Position numbers and translations under genes: made by a program
Notes under the pieces: model-generated
Databases searched by the model: none
Seen by the model: only the letters and a program-made list of their open reading frames with translations
What the model was told of the DNA's origin: nothing
Shown: piece after piece, positions 10,163 to 19,984 of the stretch
Layout of the letters: the number at the start of each line of letters is the position of its first letter
Numbering within the stretch: position 1 is the first letter of the stretch
NCBI GenBank assembly: GCA_965209085.1
Contig: OZ242376.1
Location: 1,216,001 to 1,280,000, forward strand
Length of the DNA stretch: 64,000 nt
Source: Nitrosopumilaceae archaeon
GTDB lineage: Archaea; Thermoproteota; Nitrososphaeria; Nitrososphaerales; Nitrosopumilaceae
Direction of reading: 5' to 3'

Positions 10163-11790
10163 ACATCATCCCATTTAAAAAAAGCGTCTACAGGATCAGT
10201 GAATTGTGATAACGCATTATCTTTAATTACACGTATGTCACATTCTTTATTTCCGCCAACATTAATTCCACGCATAGCTCTGCCCACCATTTGACTGTAC
10301 AAAACAAGCGATTTTGTCGGTCTTGCAATTACAACTGCAGATGTTTTTGGGGCATCGAATCCAGTAGTAAATACTCCAACATTACACATGATTATTACAT
10401 CATCTGTTTCGGATTTATATTCGTTGATTAGTTGACTTTTAGTAATTGGATCAGTATCTGCATCAATATGGAATGATTTATGTTTAAGATACGTTAGAAT
10501 TATAGATATATCTCTAGAATTTTTAACACTAGCACCAAATACAATTATTCTTTTATGTTTTTCTGAGTTTATTAGATCTTTGATCTGACCGATAACCCGA
10601 ATGGTGCGACTAATATCCTTACCAATCTTATCAAGTATTGTATCCGGAATATCCGTGGGGGAATTAAAAATTTTTATTAAATCATCATCAGTTAGTTTTA
10701 TGTCGGATCGTATAGGTGTAATTTTTGGTTTAGACAAATATCCTTTTTTTATAAGATATTTTATTGGATTTTTATATCCAGATATTGTCAAGCTTACCTT
10801 ATTACAATTAAAAAATGATGACAATTCATCACTTTTTGATATCGAGGTTCTTCCAGGAGTCGCACTTAACCCCAATAACGGTATTTTATTAAAACGTTTT
10901 TCTGTTAATTGTTCTAAAATTTCCAAATATGTTGGCGCTATTGCTTGATGGGCTTCATCCATTATCACTAAATCTACACGATCAGCTAACTTACTAAGAA
11001 ATAATTCATCCCGTTTACTTTTTTGAAAAATTTTTCCTAAACTAGCTACAATTAAACCATCTTTATCAACATCAGTATATTTTATTAAATTAGTAGAATG
11101 ATTTCGAAAAAAACGAAATATGCGTATATTTCTATCTCCTGCATTGATCCACGTTTGTTTAAATTCATCAATTGCTTGCTCGCAAAGTTCTTCACTATAT
11201 GCCAACCAAATTATTAATACAGGTTTAGTTCTTGAAAAAAATGTCGATATTACTCGCATTGCAGTAATTGTTTTACCAGAACCAGTGGGCATATGTAAAA
11301 TACAACGCCGTCCATCATCATTATCTAAATAATTTACAATTTCCTCATATGCTTTTCTTTGATAATCAAATAATGATCTTTTTGGCATCACATTTTCTAT
11401 ATCACTTAATGTGGGAGGTTCATCTAATTCTATAGGAATTTTTTCCCCAAAAAATTCAAATAAAATTTTTTCAGATGTACTGTTTTTATTAAATGGGATA
11501 TTATGCATTTCTCTGTATACGTTATCCTCATTTAACTGAACATTTGTTATTTTTTGTAATAATTTTATTAATTCTGACGGACGCATACTATTTAATAATA
11601 ATTCTCTGATTTTTTTAGTTCGTAACATCTCTAGATGTGTATAATGTGAGGAAATGCATTGGCGTAATTTATGTGGATGTTGTAATTGCTCATCACTCAT
11701 CAATTGTATTATTTTAATTGCTTCTTTACTTATGAAATGATCTTGAATGGCAAGTTCACCCAATCGGTTAAAAATATCATCTAATTTCAA
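10156..11790 (-). CDS. SF2 DEAH (ResIII-like + Helicase_C) helicase; candidate SspFGH-type subunit
   Basis: MPTGSGKT, DEAH, GLSATPGR, VFTTGFDAP, QMVGRAMRG. Confidence 0.9.
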   Translation of the reverse strand: MKLDDIFNRLGELAIQDHFISKEAIKIIQLMSDEQLQHPHKLRQCISSHYTHLEMLRTKKIRELLLNSMRPSELIKLLQKITNVQLNEDNVYREMHNIPFNKNSTSEKILFEFFGEKIPIELDEPPTLSDIENVMPKRSLFDYQRKAYEEIVNYLDNDDGRRCILHMPTGSGKTITAMRVISTFFSRTKPVLIIWLAYSEELCEQAIDEFKQTWINAGDRNIRIFRFFRNHSTNLIKYTDVDKDGLIVASLGKIFQKSKRDELFLSKLADRVDLVIMDEAHQAIAPTYLEILEQLTEKRFNKIPLLGLSATPGRTSISKSDELSSFFNCNKVSLTISGYKNPIKYLIKKGYLSKPKITPIRSDIKLTDDDLIKIFNSPTDIPDTILDKIGKDISRTIRVIGQIKDLINSEKHKRIIVFGASVKNSRDISIILTYLKHKSFHIDADTDPITKSQLINEYKSETDDVIIMCNVGVFTTGFDAPKTSAVVIARPTKSLVLYSQMVGRAMRGINVGGNKECDIRVIKDNALSQFTDPVDAFFKWDDVW

Positions 11791-12011
11791 ATCATTATTT
11801 GATCAATTATATAGTATAAAATGTTACCGTGAATACAGCTCTGTTCATGAATGAGTATTTTTTATAAAAATCCGATCAAATTCATTCAAAATCATGCAAC
11901 ATGTACACCAATTCATCATCATCAAGCCCTGCTCATCTTGCCAGTATTGCAAATATTGTGTTTTAGAGTATAGCATACGCTAGGATAGCATCCAACACAA
12001 AGTGTCAGAAT

Positions 12012-12860
12012 CTAGACTGCGGCAGCTAAAATGGGAATATTATGGCACAAGACAAAAAAGCCCAATTCAATTTTCTGTGTTGCAAATTTGCTGGCACTTA
12101 GAATAGAAGAAACCTTCTCTTCATGGATGAAAACATGGCCTCTACATTGCTGCGTTTGTAGTATATGGATAGAAATTCATCAGGATTATCAAGATGCCAT
12201 CGTATCCATTGCGTCAAATCCACGTACACGAACACCTTTTCTTGGCATTATTACAGGAATTTGTCCGGTCTTTTCTATTAGCGTGCATATGTTGCGTGAA
12301 AGGTATGCTGCATCAAGCATCACGTGACCGGAACCGTGCGGCAGTGTGCCACATATTTGCTCAAATATTGGTACATCATGGCATCGTGTATGGGTAATAT
12401 CATATGATATGATGATTATGCTGTTTTCAGCAGTTACAATATACAATTTGCGATAATCCCATCTGAACCTTGATCCATTTTTTGCATAAAGCCACGTGTT
12501 ATGCCCGTTTATTGCAATTCCTGTAGAAACCCAGTACAGTGTACCTTTCATTCCAGGTCTACCTGCAGAATTTATCATCCATGTGATGAAATGCTCATCA
12601 ATTCTAGTAAATGTTACCTGCAACACCGACCTTGACGGCACTCTTTTCAAGCCCAGTATTGATAGTAAACGTGGTGAATCTTCAAGATAATCTACGAGTT
12701 CATCATATAACAATTGTTGCATTGTCTTTAGGGCAATATACGTAGTCATTCCCAGGGGCTGTTTCTAGCGGCGATCTGTATTGGTTTTTGACTCAAATCC
12801 ATTGCGGTGTACATTGTCTTTTTCGTGGTTTGAGGGATTTTTGATTTTTTTGTACATACC
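12012..12860 (-). pseudogene. IS4/IS5-superfamily (DDE_Tnp_1-type) transposase remnant
   Basis: LGLKRVPSRSVL, YRKLYIV, HD, MLDAAYLS in 12189-12749; frameshifted tail YYKRSNVEAMFSSMKRR (Y-x2-R-x3-E-x6-K); in-frame stop near the 5' end. Confidence 0.8.
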
Positions 12861-12959
12861 ACCTCATTGTACAGGGGTCCGCACCATTATGCATACGGTT
12901 TACTGCACAAGATGTTTGACCTTGCCAAAAAGATTATTTATTGGATACCAAGGTGTAAT

Positions 12960-14006
12960 ATGATGCAAATTAAGGATATTTTTGGAATGTTACAATATAA
13001 TAAATCGTCTAAAAATAATAATTGTAGATTCAATACCAATATTGATCTTATAAAATTTATCCAACAACGCTCTACAATAATTCATAAATCACGTCATCAA
13101 GAAATTAATAAAATATTAAAAATTGCTAATTTTATAAATAATACATTATATAATATTCCTACTTGTTATACATCTAGATGTGGTCATCAAATTGTACATG
13201 ATCCTGATCAACAATATTCTGAACATGATACATCTAGACAAATTAGTTCTCTATTAATTCGTGAATTTGATGAGTTATTAGTAAACCTATATTCTGGTTC
13301 AAATATGTCAGCACTTAGAATAGCACGTTCTATGATGGAGTGTTTATTACTTGTTGTTGCTGCAATTTCAGATCAATCAATATTTTACGAATCTTCTTCA
13401 AATAAAAATAAGCCGATGTGTTTTGCAGCTTTGCAGCAAACATTACGAGTACAAAAAATTGTTAAATCAGCTAAAAAAAATGGATTCCCAACAAAAAAAT
13501 TGCAAAATGATATGATGGGTATTGATAAATCGGTTCCAGCATTGGCATATTATTTCAATGCTAAAATCCCAGATGGAATAGGAAAAATCCCTAATGCATT
13601 AAATAAAAAAATAATAAATAATTTCGCAATAGTTGACTCTGATACTAAAATGAATGAATGTGGCAGTCAAGCTCTATACTCAATTTATAAATCATTATCA
13701 GAATATGTTCATATTGATCTAACTAAATTATATGATCAAAAATATGATAATTCAATACAATCTAACAATTTAGATGAATTTGATGAAATATTTCCAATAT
13801 TACTTACAGCCATAGATACAGTTATCTATTTTTATATAATTTTACTAGACATAAATAATTATAACGATGATGTTATTTTAAGAACATATATAACTAAACA
13901 TTTTCCAAAGATAAAATACAAAGATAACACATTGTATGCATGCTCAAAATTATTAAATAGTAAAAATTGGAAAAACAAAAATATGAAATTCACTGATCCA
14001 TATTAA
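12960..14006 (+). CDS. Hypothetical protein, possibly DUF5677/HEPN-like
   Basis: Long AT-rich ORF; SALRIARSMME and YKSLSEYVH resemble DUF5677/HEPN-like signatures; ATG 12960 has an AT-rich box ~25 bp upstream. Confidence 0.55.
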   Translation: MMQIKDIFGMLQYNKSSKNNNCRFNTNIDLIKFIQQRSTIIHKSRHQEINKILKIANFINNTLYNIPTCYTSRCGHQIVHDPDQQYSEHDTSRQISSLLIREFDELLVNLYSGSNMSALRIARSMMECLLLVVAAISDQSIFYESSSNKNKPMCFAALQQTLRVQKIVKSAKKNGFPTKKLQNDMMGIDKSVPALAYYFNAKIPDGIGKIPNALNKKIINNFAIVDSDTKMNECGSQALYSIYKSLSEYVHIDLTKLYDQKYDNSIQSNNLDEFDEIFPILLTAIDTVIYFYIILLDINNYNDDVILRTYITKHFPKIKYKDNTLYACSKLLNSKNWKNKNMKFTDPY

Positions 14007-14009
14007 ATT

Positions 14010-15379
14010 AGAGTTTATGCACAATCAATCCCATAGACATACGATTCTGACTGTGGCATTACCATGATCAAAACGCATAGTGAATAAAGTTCTCAAGCAG
14101 ACAACAAAATAAATCAAAATGTCATATATATGACAAAAAGCAAAATATTATGCGTGACCGTGTGCACAAAAATGTACTATTTGATTTGCGGGCAGACTCT
14201 CTCCAACGGTTCGATGTATTTACGATCCTTTAACATGTTATGCAGATTGGTCAGTCCTGTAACCACTTGGATTTCTGTATAAAACGCATCCATTGTATCA
14301 TCACATATGGCACTCATTCTACGGAACCATTTGAGCCGGTTTATGGCATGCTCTATTTTTATGCGCTTACGACTGATCCTCTTGCTGTATTCGCGTTCCG
14401 TCTCTGTCAGCCCCTTACCCTTTGGTTTTTTGTACGGCTACTTTAAGATAATTCCAGGATAGTCTTTTTCCACGGACAAGTATCCCTTGTCGGTGTAGAG
14501 TGTAATTTGGTACTCTTTTTTGGTATCAGAGTTTTTCATACCATCGGTCCATTTGCCAAAATTTGGCAGATTACGTCGCAGTACCTTCATGTCGTGTGCC
14601 GAGCCCTCTTCGGGTCTGCCAATGTCAAGTACCAGCCCATCCTTGTTGGATGTTATCTGTACGTTGTAGACGTACCTCTTACGCTTTCCAGAGTATACTA
14701 CCTCTTGGCTCTCCTGCGGTCTTTGAACCTGTACAGATGTGGCATCAAGATACAGATCTCCACCACCCCTGCCTGATGCGAATTTTTTAAACGACTCGAC
14801 GGTACGCTCTTCCCGTATTGCAGCACCAACATTCTCAGCCGTTGGAAGAATATTCATCAACAATTCATCAGAAAAGGTCAGATATCGGCTGATGGTACTC
14901 TGATCAACGCCGGCAATGACCGCAAGCATTTCCTGTTGGGGGTTATTGCGCTTGTGGCAGTGTGACAAACAAAATTTGTGGCGCAGTAAGGATACATGTA
15001 TTTCCCGGATCGTCGACATATTCTGAAAAGCGAGGGGTTTCTGGCGAGTCTACAGCGTTTATGAACCGTTCCTGAATCCATTCAAATTCTTCACGATCCA
15101 TTCCAGTCATCCCGTATAGATAATTATCATCATCAACCATATGGTTCAAGTATTAGTAAGCAGATTGTTTTTCGGTCTTATCCCCATCTATCATTTTTTT
15201 GTAGCGTTGATTTTCTGCTTCAAGATTGGAGATTCTTTTTTCCAACTTGGAGATTATTCTTTTTTCCAACTTGGAGATTATACGTTTGTCTGTGGCACAC
15301 ATGTTGTGTGGTTGTAATACTTGATCATAGATCTTTCGATTCATCAAAATTGCTTTTTTGGTTAATATGCACAAACTCT
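14010..15379 (-). mobile_element. IS5-family (ISL2/IS702-like) element, degraded copy
   Basis: Ends AGAGTTTATGCACAATCAA (14010) and TATGCACAAACTCT (15379); ATT direct repeats at 14007-14009 and 15380-15382; transposase broken into 15153-15374, 14943-15149, 14438-15019 and a tail; close homolog of 17055-18251. Confidence 0.9.
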
Positions 15380-15428
15380 ATTGAGTGTTCATGTATTATT
15401 AACAATATAATTTACACCACATATTTTA

Positions 15429-16256
15429 CTACAAATGACACATTGTACACGATTTTGCGTCATCTTCATCATCTAGCGCTTCAGATAAAACATCAACCAA
15501 TGGCAAGTTTTTTCGACTAGATTTTGCTTTTAAAAGTGCAAGTTTATGTTTTTCTTCAATTTCAGAACGCCTACCAATTAATTCTGGCAATGTTTCCCCC
15601 GGAGACCAAGAATACTGACGTTCTTTCATAGCATGATCTTCAAATGAGGATTTTCCATCATTCATTACTTTTTGTTCTATAGCTACGGCCTGTTTAAATA
15701 AATCAGGATGTTTATCAGCTAGTCCTACCCATTCGGATTTTCTCTGAAAAAAACAAAAATAACAACCAGAACGTGTGCGCCATTCATAATAATCAGGCAA
15801 ACCTATTCCAGATTCTTCCAGTATGCGTAATATGTCCACATGTTCCATATTGTCATCTATAAAAGGAAATTTAGTTGTAATGTTGGGTTTTGACGAAATA
15901 TGTCCTTTACGGTTTTTTTCATCTGCACGAATTGCCACATATGATACAGTTTCATCATCCCCAATCCATTCTTCTAGTGGTTTGATCTTTAATAATTTAG
16001 TACACCATCGCATTTGGGGGGATGGTAAAGTTCCACGAAATACCTCAAAATAATGATCAAATCCCCTCTTAGAATTAAGTCGGGCTATAGGTTTGCCAAG
16101 CACTGTTTCTAATTTTTTCAAATAAGTATAAGTCTCTGGAAGCTCAGCTCCGGTATCACAGAAAAAATACTCCATTTCTGGAACTTTTTCACGCATATAC
16201 ACTGCTAATGCACTAGAATCCTTCCCTCCAGATATACCACAAACATGTCTAACCAT
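15429..16256 (-). CDS. sspD: PAPS-reductase-family protein, SspD-like (DNA phosphorothioation)
   Basis: ISGGKDSSALA, DTGAELPETY, RWCTKLLK, RSGCYFCFFQ, C-terminal CTMCHL; short form without DndC extensions; SspC-like ATPase in same island. Confidence 0.75.
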   Translation of the reverse strand: MVRHVCGISGGKDSSALAVYMREKVPEMEYFFCDTGAELPETYTYLKKLETVLGKPIARLNSKRGFDHYFEVFRGTLPSPQMRWCTKLLKIKPLEEWIGDDETVSYVAIRADEKNRKGHISSKPNITTKFPFIDDNMEHVDILRILEESGIGLPDYYEWRTRSGCYFCFFQRKSEWVGLADKHPDLFKQAVAIEQKVMNDGKSSFEDHAMKERQYSWSPGETLPELIGRRSEIEEKHKLALLKAKSSRKNLPLVDVLSEALDDEDDAKSCTMCHL

Positions 16257-17021
16257 GCCTAATGTTATAGAGTCATGATTTTAAAACTTTTATTTGGAAA
16301 CTATCAATTTCATAACTAATGGATGAAATAAGCCCATGGGGGTAATGCTAGAATATATAAAATATGGGGATCTGAAAAAATACCCGATATTAGATCTGGA
16401 AGTAGTTTTATTGTTATGGGATATGCAAAATATAATAGCATATTAAAGAAAAATAAATCATTTTCGTTAGAACCGGATCTAGTGGTTGTAGATGAAGCTC
16501 ACCAAATCATCGTCAAAAAATATGTAAAATTATTACATTTGCTCACACCATTTTTGAAAGGTACGAGAGTAATTGTATTATCTGCCACTCCAGGTAGAGG
16601 TACAAAAATAGAACAAAATTTGAAACTAGTAGAATAATTTAACGATAATATAGAAAGAATCAGCGTTCCTAATGAATCGACTGAAAAATTAGATGATCAT
16701 AATGTAATTGCACATTTAGAAGAGCAAGGAATTCTATCCAGGATTGATCCTGACCCATTGATGACAAATATTAGATTTGATCTTTCAGATAAGGTTTGAA
16801 AACGTTTTGTCAAAATGATTGGAGATAAATATACTGATTTTGAAGAAACTGATCTTGTAAATCTTACCAAAAATATTCATAGAAATGCATTGACAGCACA
16901 ACGAATAATAGAATTATTAAAAAAGAAAAAAAGAATTTTATATTTTTGAACCACAAGCGAACAAACGTTGTTAATGTATGCGGTGATTTTAAAATTAGGA
17001 TATAATGCAGGATATGTTAAT

Positions 17022-18418
17022 AGACCTCATGCATAATTAACTAAAAAATCAATTTTGGCAAATCGAAAGATCTATGATCTAGTATCATGTGAGCATAGCA
17101 TGTGCAAATCAGACAAACGCATGATCTCTAAACTGGAAAAGACGATCTTAAAGATGGAAAAGACGATCCTAAAGATGGAAAAGAATAGCTCCAGGCAGGA
17201 ATCAGAAATTCAACACTACAAAAAGATGGCACAGAGTAGCAATGATGACAAAAGACAACATGTCGATAAATATTTGAACAAGGGAATTGGGAATGATGTT
17301 CATCTATATGAAATGACAGGAATGAACCGTGAAGAATTTGAATGGATTCTAGAACGGTTCAAAAAAACCGTAGAAAATTCATCAGAGATTCCCCGCTTTT
17401 CAGAATATGTGGACGATCCTGGAAACACCTGTATCCTTACCGTAAAGCAAGTTTTGTTTATCGTATTGTGCCGCAAACGCAATAATCTCAAACAGGGAGC
17501 ACTTGCGTTCATTGCAGACGTTGATCAGAGCACCATTAGCAGATATCTGACATTTTCTGATGAACTATTGATGGATATTCTTCCAACGGCTAAGAATATT
17601 GGTGCTGCAATACGGACAATACGTACAAGCGAGTTGTTTAAAAAATTCGTACCCGGCAGAGGCGGCGGCGAGCTATATCTTGATGCCACGTTTGTACAGG
17701 TTCAAAGACCGCAGGAGAATCAAGAGGCAGTATATTCTGGAAAGCGCAAAAGGCACGTCTACAGCATACAGATAACCTCCAACAAAGATGGAGTGGTAAA
17801 TGACATTGGCGGTCCAGAAGAGGGCTCAGTACATGACATGGAGGTACTGCGGCGTAATCCGCCAAATTTTGGCAAATGGACCGATGGCATGAAAAACTCT
17901 GATACAAAAAAAGAGCGCCAAATTACACTCTACACCGACAAGGGATACTTGTCCGTGGAAAAAGACTATCCTGGAATTATCTCAAAGCAGCCATACAAAA
18001 AACCAAAGGGTAGGGGATTGACAGAGACAGAACGCGAATATAGCAAGAGGATCAGTCGTAAGCGCATAAAAGTAGAGCATGCCATAAACCGGCTCAAATG
18101 GTTTCGCAGAATGAGTGCCGTATATGATGACACAATGGATGCATTTTATACAGAAATCCAAGTGGTTACAGGACTGACCAATCTGCACATCATGTTAAAG
18201 GATCGCAAGTATATCGAACCGTTGGAAAAAATTTGCCCTCAAATCAAGTAGCACATCTTTGTGCATACAGTCACGCATAATATCCTGCTTTTTGTCATGC
18301 ATATGATATTTGGATTTATTTTGTTGTCTGCTTGAAGGTTTTAGGCCATATGTACTTTGATCATGACAGTGTCATAGTAGGAACCGTATGTCTTTGCAGT
18401 TGATTATGCATGAACTCT
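17022..18418 (+). mobile_element. IS5-family (ISL2/IS702-like) element, apparently intact
   Basis: Imperfect TIRs AGACCTCATGCATAATTAACT / AGTTGATTATGCATGAACTCT; AAT target duplication at 17019-17021 and 18419-18421. Confidence 0.92.
17055..18251 (+). CDS. DDE_Tnp_4-type transposase with HTH and N-terminal coiled coil
   Basis: VDQSTISR (HTH), LDATFVQVQRP, YSGKRKRH, GSVHD, DKGY, RIKVEHAINRLK. Confidence 0.92.
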   Translation: MANRKIYDLVSCEHSMCKSDKRMISKLEKTILKMEKTILKMEKNSSRQESEIQHYKKMAQSSNDDKRQHVDKYLNKGIGNDVHLYEMTGMNREEFEWILERFKKTVENSSEIPRFSEYVDDPGNTCILTVKQVLFIVLCRKRNNLKQGALAFIADVDQSTISRYLTFSDELLMDILPTAKNIGAAIRTIRTSELFKKFVPGRGGGELYLDATFVQVQRPQENQEAVYSGKRKRHVYSIQITSNKDGVVNDIGGPEEGSVHDMEVLRRNPPNFGKWTDGMKNSDTKKERQITLYTDKGYLSVEKDYPGIISKQPYKKPKGRGLTETEREYSKRISRKRIKVEHAINRLKWFRRMSAVYDDTMDAFYTEIQVVTGLTNLHIMLKDRKYIEPLEKICPQIK

Positions 18419-18766
18419 AATGCAAAAACAGATAAAGAATTTAGAAAACAATTCATCATCAATAATTTTAGGGGTGGTGAAATTGACATTATTTTCAATC
18501 ATTCTGTATTTATCACATGATTTGATGCACCAGAAACTGACGTAATTTTTATTGCACGACCAATCTGCTCTCCAATATTAATATCTCAAATGGTTAGCAT
18601 AGGATTAAGAGGGTCCAATGTTGGAGGGACCAAATCATGTACGTTAGTACAAGTTGTAGATGAACTCAACAATCCATCTGAATTTGATCCGTATGCCAGC
18701 TATAGAATATTTCATCCGTATTGGCAAATTGATTCAGAATAATTTTTTCAACAGTACAAAATTTAT

Positions 18767-19786
18767 TTACATACGTCTTTCCATAAACCCATATTCTTTA
18801 CAATTGTTATAATGTCTCTTTATTTCAGGTTCCCAGCCACGGCCCAAATCTAGCGTAGCAAGTGATTTTTTTAATACAGGTATTTGATGTTCATATTTAA
18901 TATTACGCTCTATCAGATAATTTAAAAACTTGAATTGGGCTAGAGAATTACTTTTTTTACAATTGCATTCCTGACATGCCAGTACAAGATTCCATGCACT
19001 GTCTTCAAATATGTAAGACCAAGGTATGAAATGATCCACATGTGTTGAAGGCATTTCATTCAATGTGCCATTACAGTAAAAACAATGTTTGACATCCTTG
19101 TATGTATTTAGATAATGGGTTAACGAACGTCTTCGTGCTTCTTCGGTTTCTATTTTTGCAATAAGTCTAGGAAATGTGTTGATTTTTTCAAGAAATTTAG
19201 ACCATTCCAATATCACTGTTTTAAACAAAACGGCATAATTTTGATTTAAAAAAACTGCAGCTTGTGGGAACAAAGTTATGTATTGTTTATCATCATCAAA
19301 ATCATAAAATATATTTTTCTGCATTACTTTGGCACCGATTCTCACATTTTGAAATCGCGGGACAACTAGAGATGTTTTTATGCGGGCATGTCCAAATACT
19401 TTTTTTAATATCTTTTTCCTTGCAGTTTTTACCAAATTATTTTCATTTTGTGCATATTTAGAAAACCCTTCTGGAATATACTGATCACCGAACGTACTGC
19501 GTAATATTTTAATGACTGATGGGGGCCTTTCATTGTAAAAATTTTGTTTTATCCTGTATCTGAATTCTTGATGCCAATAATATCTCAAAAATGCGTCTGC
19601 TAGCTCTTCATAACGTATGATGATTGTTTCATTAGTTTCCACCATCTTTGATAATCTGCTTGCAGGTAGAGCATTGCAATAATCCAAAAGAAATCTTGCT
19701 AACGCAAATTTGTAGGTATTATTTTTGTAACCGTGCGTCATAATGTGTATGAAAGTTTTTCTCAACTCGTCGGATTGATTCATCAT
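18767..19786 (-). CDS. HNH endonuclease with N-terminal recognition domain (putative type IV-like restriction enzyme)
   Basis: NTYKFAL N-terminal motif; CFYC...HVDHFIPWS...WNLVLACQECNCKKSN. Confidence 0.85.
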   Translation of the reverse strand: MMNQSDELRKTFIHIMTHGYKNNTYKFALARFLLDYCNALPASRLSKMVETNETIIIRYEELADAFLRYYWHQEFRYRIKQNFYNERPPSVIKILRSTFGDQYIPEGFSKYAQNENNLVKTARKKILKKVFGHARIKTSLVVPRFQNVRIGAKVMQKNIFYDFDDDKQYITLFPQAAVFLNQNYAVLFKTVILEWSKFLEKINTFPRLIAKIETEEARRRSLTHYLNTYKDVKHCFYCNGTLNEMPSTHVDHFIPWSYIFEDSAWNLVLACQECNCKKSNSLAQFKFLNYLIERNIKYEHQIPVLKKSLATLDLGRGWEPEIKRHYNNCKEYGFMERRM

Positions 19787-19984
19787 GCATGCATGGTAGA
19801 CATACAGAGATTTAAGATCTCGTCTTATTTTTTGACAGATCTGCCACAAACACCTCATTGATCATGGTAGACGTTCATTGAAAACTTTAACGAATTAGGT
19901 AAAAATTACAATATTTAAGGCAATCTGTTTTCATAAAGTCCATTTCAATAACAATATAACGAACATCCAATAGTAACATAATTC

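Larger units (their letters stand above)
16335..18742 (+). pseudogene. Second SF2 DEAH helicase, 5'-truncated, with nonsense mutations and split by an IS
   Basis: One frame gives VVVDEAHQ, LSATPGR ... GYVN|IS|AKTDKEFR...VFIT*FDAP...IARP...SQMV.IGLRG..VGG; paralogous to 10156-11790; motif I missing. Confidence 0.88.

Noticed and set aside
11830-11970. Short minus-strand fragment (FAILAR*AGLDDDELVYMLHDF) resembling a HicA or type IIG C-terminus
   Set aside because: Too short and interrupted to assign
15380-17021. Inversion of the sspD segment by recombination between the two inverted IS5 copies
   Set aside because: The helicase pseudogene is continuous and in frame across the right-hand IS, so this segment has not flipped relative to its right flank
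16416-18742. TGA at conserved Gly positions suggesting TGA-to-Gly recoding
   Set aside because: The same frame has a TAA stop, an IS insertion, a lost N-terminus and other damaged motifs, and TGA ends normal genes elsewhere in the window; ordinary GGA-to-TGA decay explains it
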